Below are positions 53,216-64,000 of a stretch of 64,000 nucleotides of DNA, one piece after another (the stretch's first letter is position 1; each line of letters opens with the position of its first letter). The stretch is from positions 4,092,001 through 4,156,000 of the forward strand of contig JBHGNT010000002.1 of assembly GCA_043228905.1 (NCBI GenBank), read 5' to 3'. The position numbers were made by a program, and so were the translations under genes. Under the pieces are notes generated by a model. It did not search any database, was not told the origin of the DNA, and saw nothing but the letters and a program-made list of their open reading frames with translations. The DNA is from Azolla caroliniana. Lineage: Eukaryota > Plantae > Polypodiophyta.

Positions 53216-54199
53216 TAACTAATAAAGACTCTCCGTCCGACAAAGCCCAAAACAAAGGTCTCTTAGGTATGATGGGTGTGTTTTCTCTTCTTCTTTTTTT
53301 GTTAAGAGCTATACTTCCTCCTTGACCAACTCCTTGTGGTCACGAAGGAGATCTCAATAAGGAAAGGAATGAGGAGATTCGTGTGGGGTCACTAAGTTGT
53401 GGCCGACACTCCAAATTGATTTGGATCTAGCATATTATACATATACAATGTATGGTCCGTGTTGCCCAAACTATCGTTTCTTATAATTGATAATGGTTTT
53501 ATTATTCGCCTAATGTTCGATCAATGCTTCATTTGCATATATGCTTTTGTTATACAATACCTTTGATATTTCTTGTGTACATTCTTGCATACATGCATGG
53601 ACTATTGAGTGTTAATCAAACAGAGTAACAATTAGATGCCACATGAGTATTCTCAATGTCATACATTACCATGACCATAATCTGTGTGCGTGCGTATGAA
53701 ACTTGGACTTTACATACAAATATATATGACACATATCTGTATACATACAAATAAGTTTATAACACATATTTGTAAATATACATCTCATATTTGTATTGTG
53801 ATCCTACATGCAAAACACACTATAAAATAAATTAGAAGATCTTAATGAGAAACCTACGTCATCCATCAATCATCAATTCATATTTTTTTATTGTTATGTT
53901 TACATACAAAAACACACAAAATAGTGGTCATGGATTTTCCCTCACACAACAAATTTACATAGTAAACAATGATGGCAAAAAACATGCATGTTGAATGTCG
54001 TCTCCACGAACATATACTTCTTCTTCTTCCTATTCAATTTGTTCCGTTTCAAAACCTCAAATCTAATTTAAGCAAATTGTCTATACAATCTAAATTTTTA
54101 CAAATTAACACCTATCTCATGAACTTGGTGACAGGCAAACACATAATAATATGTAAATGTCAACTAACTTGTACAAAAGACACTTCATATGTAGTTTCC

Positions 54200-55947
54200 T
54201 CAAACCTCTTTAAAACGGATGACAATGCAAGAAATTTCATCAAAGCTACCACGCGATCTAGCTTCAGTGACAATAAACTTTGAAGCTGCCAAGGGATCAT
54301 ATATGTCCTTGATGAGGTCAACAACCTCTTGGTTGTTGGAGAAGGATACCCATAAGCCATTACTACCCAACACCAGAAATTGGCAGGAGATGTCGAGCAA
54401 AATATCGGAAACATCTGGTTTTGCGCTAAGGTGCCCCTTTAAATTTGCATCTCCGAATACACGGGTAACCGACAACATGCCATCAACTCGAGGAAGGTCA
54501 CCTGTATACAAGCAACACATATAAGTACGTTACGATTGCTAATGCCAATCATCGGAGACTCCAGACAAGCATGTGTGGACTGAGACATTTCAGCATTAAA
54601 TAGATCTAAGAATGAATATAGCAATTCGAAATTCTTATGTGGAGTTACGATATATAACATGGGACACTATTATTTCGCTTTCTAAAGAGAAAACCTTTGA
54701 AGGAGAATGACATAACAATGTTGTGATGACGAATGGCTTACAATATTGATCCCTTGTTGGGTTCGAAGGTAATTTAGTATCAAGGGCTGCCTTGCAAGGA
54801 GTTCAATGCTGTGTTTTAATGTTACAAGGGTTATAATCTTGTTAAATGTAAACTTGGTCATAGTAGGAAACCACTTATATAGCTCAAGGTCAACTTAATA
54901 TGTGTTCTAGATGTGAGTTTCACAATGCATTAAAGTTTACAATCATGATACACCAATGAAAGCTTTTTTTTATACAAAAACACAAGAGACCCCCTACCTG
55001 GGGAAAGTGATGATGTGTCCACACCATTGAAAGCTTTTTTTTTATATAAAAACACAAGAGACCCCCTACATGGGGAAAATGATGATGTGTCCACACAAAC
55101 CAATGAAAGCTTTTTTATAACAAAAACACAACAAGGAGGCCCTCCCACCTGGGAAAGTGATGATGTGTCCACCGCGCATCTCCACGTTGGCTCGTTCCAC
55201 AAGCCGGTCGGCCACGTGGTCCACCGACAACTGCACGGCGGCCCCGTCCTTGCACAAAACGGCGCGGGCATCCCCGACGTTGGCAACGATGAGGCGGGCG
55301 CCTGCGTGGAGGATCATGGCCGTCACGGCCGTGGCGCCTCCCCTGGCCGGCCCGAGCTCCGCCAAGATGCGGCGGTCGGTGCGTAGGTACGCGTCCCGCG
55401 TGGCACCCGCCGGGTCCGATCCGAGGCCGCCACCTTGCGTGAGGATGGCATCGAGGAGCGTGGATGCCAACCACCGCCCGACCTCTCCATCTCCACCATG
55501 GTCATCGAAGACCCCGAAGAACGCGACTTCCTCGTTACGGATCTCCGCGGTCACGTAATCGCGGCAGCCATGCCGAATTCGGGACATGTTGTCCTCTCTT
55601 CTTGGAGCACCACCCGTGGTGGTCTTTGTGTCTGGCCACGGCATGGTTTCCGATGACCCGGACCATCCCTCCGCGGCCGATCGCAAGATGTAGTAGCCGT
55701 AGATCACTTGGGGTTGCATGCCATGCTTTCGAGTGGCGCCACACCCCCTCGTCTCCTCCTCCGTGATGACACTTGTCGTGGGCGCCGTACCGGGATTTGT
55801 CCATGTGTCAGCATCCTCATCGTCGTCGTGAGGAGAGCGGTCCACATCAGCATGGGGTGGCCTCGAGATGCCGATGTGGCGGCCATGATGGTGATGATGA
55901 TGATGATGATGTGGATGCACAACCCAAGCCTCTTTCTCCTCCTCCAT
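54200..55947 (-). CDS. Protein phosphatase 2C family member (clade F-like) with altered catalytic motifs; exons 55947-55149 and 54501-54200
   Basis: FFGVFDDHGG, GGATAVTA, VANVGDARAV, QLSVDH, FPG|DLPRVDGMLSVTRVFGD, FLVLGSNGLW and SFDEISCIVIRF. The splice is in phase. Confidence 0.9.
54950..55173. repeat. ~70-79-bp tandem repeat (3 copies) spanning the PP2C exon 1 / intron junction
   Basis: gggaaa(a/g)tgatgatgtgtccac at ~55001, 55073 and 55151, interspersed with tgaaagctttttt...aaaaacaca. Confidence 0.85.
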
Positions 55948-55967
55948 TTTAGTTTAGTTTTTTTTTT

Positions 55968-56100
55968 TGACAATCCCTTGAAGCATAAGATAATGGGAGT
56001 TATGGATAAGCATTGATCTTCATTTTGTTTTTTATTTATTTGACAATCCCTCAAAAGCATAAGATATTGGGAGTTATGGATAAGCATTGATCTTCGTTTT
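55968..56100. repeat. ~73-bp tandem duplication directly upstream of the PP2C start
   Basis: tgacaatccct..aagcataagata.tgggagttatggataagcattgatcttc occurs twice (55968 and 56041). Confidence 0.85.
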
Positions 56101-56699
56101 TGTCATTGTGTTATTAGTAATAGCTCAGCTTGGATAGATATAGCATATGACTTGGAAATTTGCCCAAATACAACCAAGCCCTAAAGTAGAGCGGTTTTAG
56201 TGAAGGAATTGTCTCTTTCAAATTAGGAGGGACATAATGCACTTCACCACATATTGACCCAAACCTAAACGTGGACCTTATCTCCCTGGTAATGATAATT
56301 AGGAAGCAATGTTGATCAATAGGATGACCTAGACACAAGACTTGATCACAAGTACATATGCAATAAATGACATATTGCTGTAAGTTTTGGTTAAATCAAG
56401 TGCCCAAGATAAGGACTCCAACAAGAGGACTCCTAGAAAACTATACAATCGACAAGAGAGGTCATTGTCAAATTTGGTATTTTGAAGGATTCAAGCACCT
56501 TAGCTTGAACAAAGGACGAAATTTCATGACTTTTAGAGCTCCTTTACAAAGAGATTGTCACATTTCACAACATTTCACATGGGGGTGGCAATTAGTCCTA
56601 AAACTCTAGAGACAACTTTGTTGTATCCCCCCTTCTTTCTTGTTCTTGCACTTAGTCTATAGTACCGAAGCCAATGTCGATGCCTGCATCCAGTTATGC

Positions 56700-58030
56700 T
56701 ACGTACAACATGTACTTAACTTTATATGTGGATAGCACATGTATAACCACAATGTAAAGTATGATTGATGTGGTAAGGATGTGAACCTTACCACAAGAGA
56801 CTAGATCAACTTTGTGGCTCACAGCATGAAGCCGATGAACAAGGTATTAAAGGATTGGATTCCAGATATCACCATGCCTTTCTTGGATGACATATACATT
56901 AAAGGATTCTCGGAGGAAGAGAACGATGAGACATTTGGAGAGGAAGGGTGCAAGTGTTTTTGTGGTCAACCACATTGTTTATTGTGATGATGTGATACAA
57001 AAGCTAGAAGATGAGCACATAACATTTTGTGGTGAAAAAACTATGCACCATATAGTCATAAGTCCTCCTTTGAAAAGGTGATGTCAGTTATGAGATGATA
57101 GAAGTATGCATGATCAAGTGAGGTGGTTCCTAGGTCCATATTACGCCCATATGGCTCAATCTCAATATGCCAAGACCAAACTGTAGTGATGTAGAGATTC
57201 AAAGGACTACTAATTAGGCTTCGACTTTGCAAAAAGCTAAGTATGTGGATGGGTCTCTTACCTTTGTAAGTCCAATGGGAATTTGTTAGGTCATCGATAA
57301 AGAAAGTGAAGGTGGGGGCCACTATGCAATTTGATGAGGGGCCAAAGAGCTTGGTAAGAGGCAAACGAATAGTGCCCAAGTGAAGAGGGAGTTAAGAGGC
57401 ATTGTATTAATGATCAAAGTGGATTACGACCATTTAATAGGCACAAAGGTTGTCATTGTCATTGTCTTCTGATTCCAACACCTAACATTGCAATGTAGAG
57501 ATAGATATACTATATTAACTTAGTAAATCTAGAAATTCATTATGTGATTGGGAAGCACAACGTCAAGACGAACATGTTTCCTAGAGCTAGGCATAAAAGG
57601 GAAGATAGAATCTAATATCGGAAGTCAAAGATGTAGCTTATAACTTTTTAAGTCAACCGGTGTAGTTGCCTAAGAATGAACTATGCAAAAAATCGTCACA
57701 TTCAAGGAGGATCAATGCTAGGGGGAAGGGTAGCACGTAGGAAGATTCCTAAACTAATAACTACAAATGCATCATGGTCTACAAGTAATTCCTTCATGAG
57801 GGATATCTAGGGAGACACCCAAAAAACATGTGAGGTGCACTACTAAAGGTGGTGCATGGGAAAGAGGATTAATCCATCCTATGAATTGAATTTCATGATA
57901 GCCCATCATGTGCAACATTCATGAAGCTCAAAAAATATTCATGGTAGGGAATTTATGAAGACATGGCAATCCAATACTTGTGAATTGCATTCAAATGTGT
58001 GACACATAGATGGATTGGGGCTCATGATCA
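56700..58030 (+). mobile_element. Decayed Gypsy-type RT / RNase H remnant
   Basis: IPDITMPFLDDIYIKG at ~56858-56905, then QVRWFLG-like, KREL.GI-like and GKHN...RAR-like fragments in shifting frames. No LTRs found. Confidence 0.55.
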
Positions 58031-60126
58031 ATAATAATGTCATATAGGAAACCATTATTTTGGATACTTCCTAGTTTGGCATATAGGTGATATTCTTGCA
58101 ATTGTTGTATGACTTAACAAACATGGACATTGTGCTCCTCTTGAGGCTTCTAGCTAGTTCATAATATCATCTAGATTAGCATGTTGAGCAACCATGAAAT
58201 ATATCATTTATCGTATGTTAAAATGTCAAAAAGCATTTTTTTACAAAGATTCTCTAAGTCTAACTAGAAACCCATATTTTTCGTTGAATGGGGAATCCAC
58301 ACACATCAATACATGTTAGAGCCCATTCCATTGTCTTTCATTCAAACAATTGCTTCTATGCCACTTAGTGTAGATGACTGTATTTCACATTTCGCCCTAG
58401 ATAAGTTTGGGATTGAACTATCACATTTTGATACAATGCTCTGTCTTTGATCACATTCGACTATGCTTTCCACATGGTATAATAGAAAAGTCTGAAAATA
58501 AAAAGATTTAAAAATTGAAGATTGTCAGGACATTAGGTAGAATATACACCTAACCTAGAGGCCGTTATGTAGTTTTAGGGGAGATGATATAAGGTACATT
58601 ATGAGAGGTGTTTTGAAGTATTAAGCATAGTACGTAAAATTCGTGTTCGTCTAGCATAACATTCGTTTTCCTACGTTGGAAAACGAATGCGAATGTTATT
58701 CAAACATTCGTGTGTTTTTTTCCCCATTTTTTTAATGTTTTTTTTGTTTTTTCCCATTTTTTAGACTTATTTACCTCATAATAAATAGTTAATCCAAAAG
58801 TATGGTATTTATCATTCTTTGAGGGTGTTATTCTTACGCGAATGATTGAAACATTCACAAATGGTACGTATGGTTCATACTATGGTATTAAGGATTCAAA
58901 CCCAAGACCCTTGGGTCGTCAGCCAAAATAGCTTACAACAAGAGTAGGGCAATTTGTAACTCGTTACTTTCTCTCTTCACACTTAAAGTTGCCAAAGAAC
59001 AAAGGTGTGAGGCTTGGTAAGGGGCATGCCAATTTTGTAAGTCATTACTTTCCCTCTTCACACTTGTAGTTGCCAAAGAACCAACCATGGCAGTGAATAG
59101 AGAGTTGCAAAATACGCCAAACATAAGACTTCATAGAAAGTAGTCGTCATAAACCGTACGACTTCGTAGAGAGTTTCCGAATGCTCCAACCAATGCATTT
59201 CATAGAGAGTCAACGAACACGCCAACCAATAGCAATGAATCGAGAGTTATTGAATACGCCGCGGCCCAAACATGTAGCATGAGAATTAAAGGATGAACGA
59301 GAACAAGGAATCTGTACCGGCTCGGCTAAAGCCTAAACTGAACAGTTAAACTATTTTTAAACGGTTTGGCGGTTTAGCAATTTGGTTCGAGCTTGAGCTT
59401 CCGTAACCAATTTGAGCTCGGTTTGGGATAGCTTAAGCCGAACTTAACCATTTTGGGCTAAGTTGGTTCCAAAATCGATTATGGATTAATCGGTCTAGAT
59501 AAACTGGTTCCTAAGCTGGTTTATGCTTAAGCGGTTTAGGATCCGATTCAGTTCAAGTTTGAAAACTCCCAAACATGTTAAGGCTTATGGTTTGGAGTAC
59601 TAGGCCAAACCGGTTAAGCCAGAACTTGCCGATTCGTAGATGCAGCACCCATCAGAAATGTGAAAAGGATGCATACAAAAGGACGATCGACATGCGAATG
59701 AATCATTCAGGGTCTCGAGACACATAGGGCCCATCTACGATCAAAACAATTTGCTTTGTGATGAGGGGAGGGGTATTTTGGGAAATTATGTGAAATATGA
59801 TTGTTTTGGAGGGGGGGGGTTTGGGGGACATTTTTTCTTGCTAAAAAGGGAAAGAAAAAACGGAAGTTACTCTTTTTAGGTGGAGAAAATATATACATAT
59901 AGGATATGGTGGTTATACTACTGCTTGGCAGTTATAATTAAAACAAACCCCAAGAAAAAAATGGGAAGGCCAAGTGACACTGTCTCTTCTTCTTCTTCTT
60001 CTTCTTCTTCTTCTTCTTCTTCTTCTTCTTCTTTGCCACAGAAACCCAAAAGATTTGGAGAATCATTCAGGTTTTTGATTAAATAAAGCATTCAAGCTCA
60101 GAGATTGACCTAAATTCAGAATAATA

Positions 60127-64000
<3,874 letters not shown>

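Overview
AT-rich, microsatellite-rich land-plant nuclear DNA, probably a seed-free plant such as a fern (inferred, not established). Six intron-containing genes: a 13-exon GH1 beta-glucosidase (+, with one GC-AG intron), a subfamily-X-type bHLH (-), PIG-H (+), an unknown disordered protein with D-box-like and CDK-like motifs (+), a clade-F-like PP2C with substituted metal ligands (-) and a group III XTH (+, runs off the window end). Mobile DNA: (1) a 5'-truncated LINE with a 15-bp TSD and a twin-priming-type 5' inversion; (2) a 16-kb nest of four LTR insertions. An old Gypsy (4-bp TSD, tRNA-Ala-like PBS) carries a solo LTR and a young Tcn1/Tf1-like chromovirus with a self-priming PBS and a -1 frameshift signal, and that chromovirus is itself split by an intact Copia with apparently identical LTRs. 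The whole nest sits in one arm of a ~100-bp-arm foldback just upstream of PIG-H. In three of the six genes, intronic tandem repeats are built from copies of the gene's own exon end plus 5' splice site. All calls come from reading the sequence by eye; no searches were run.
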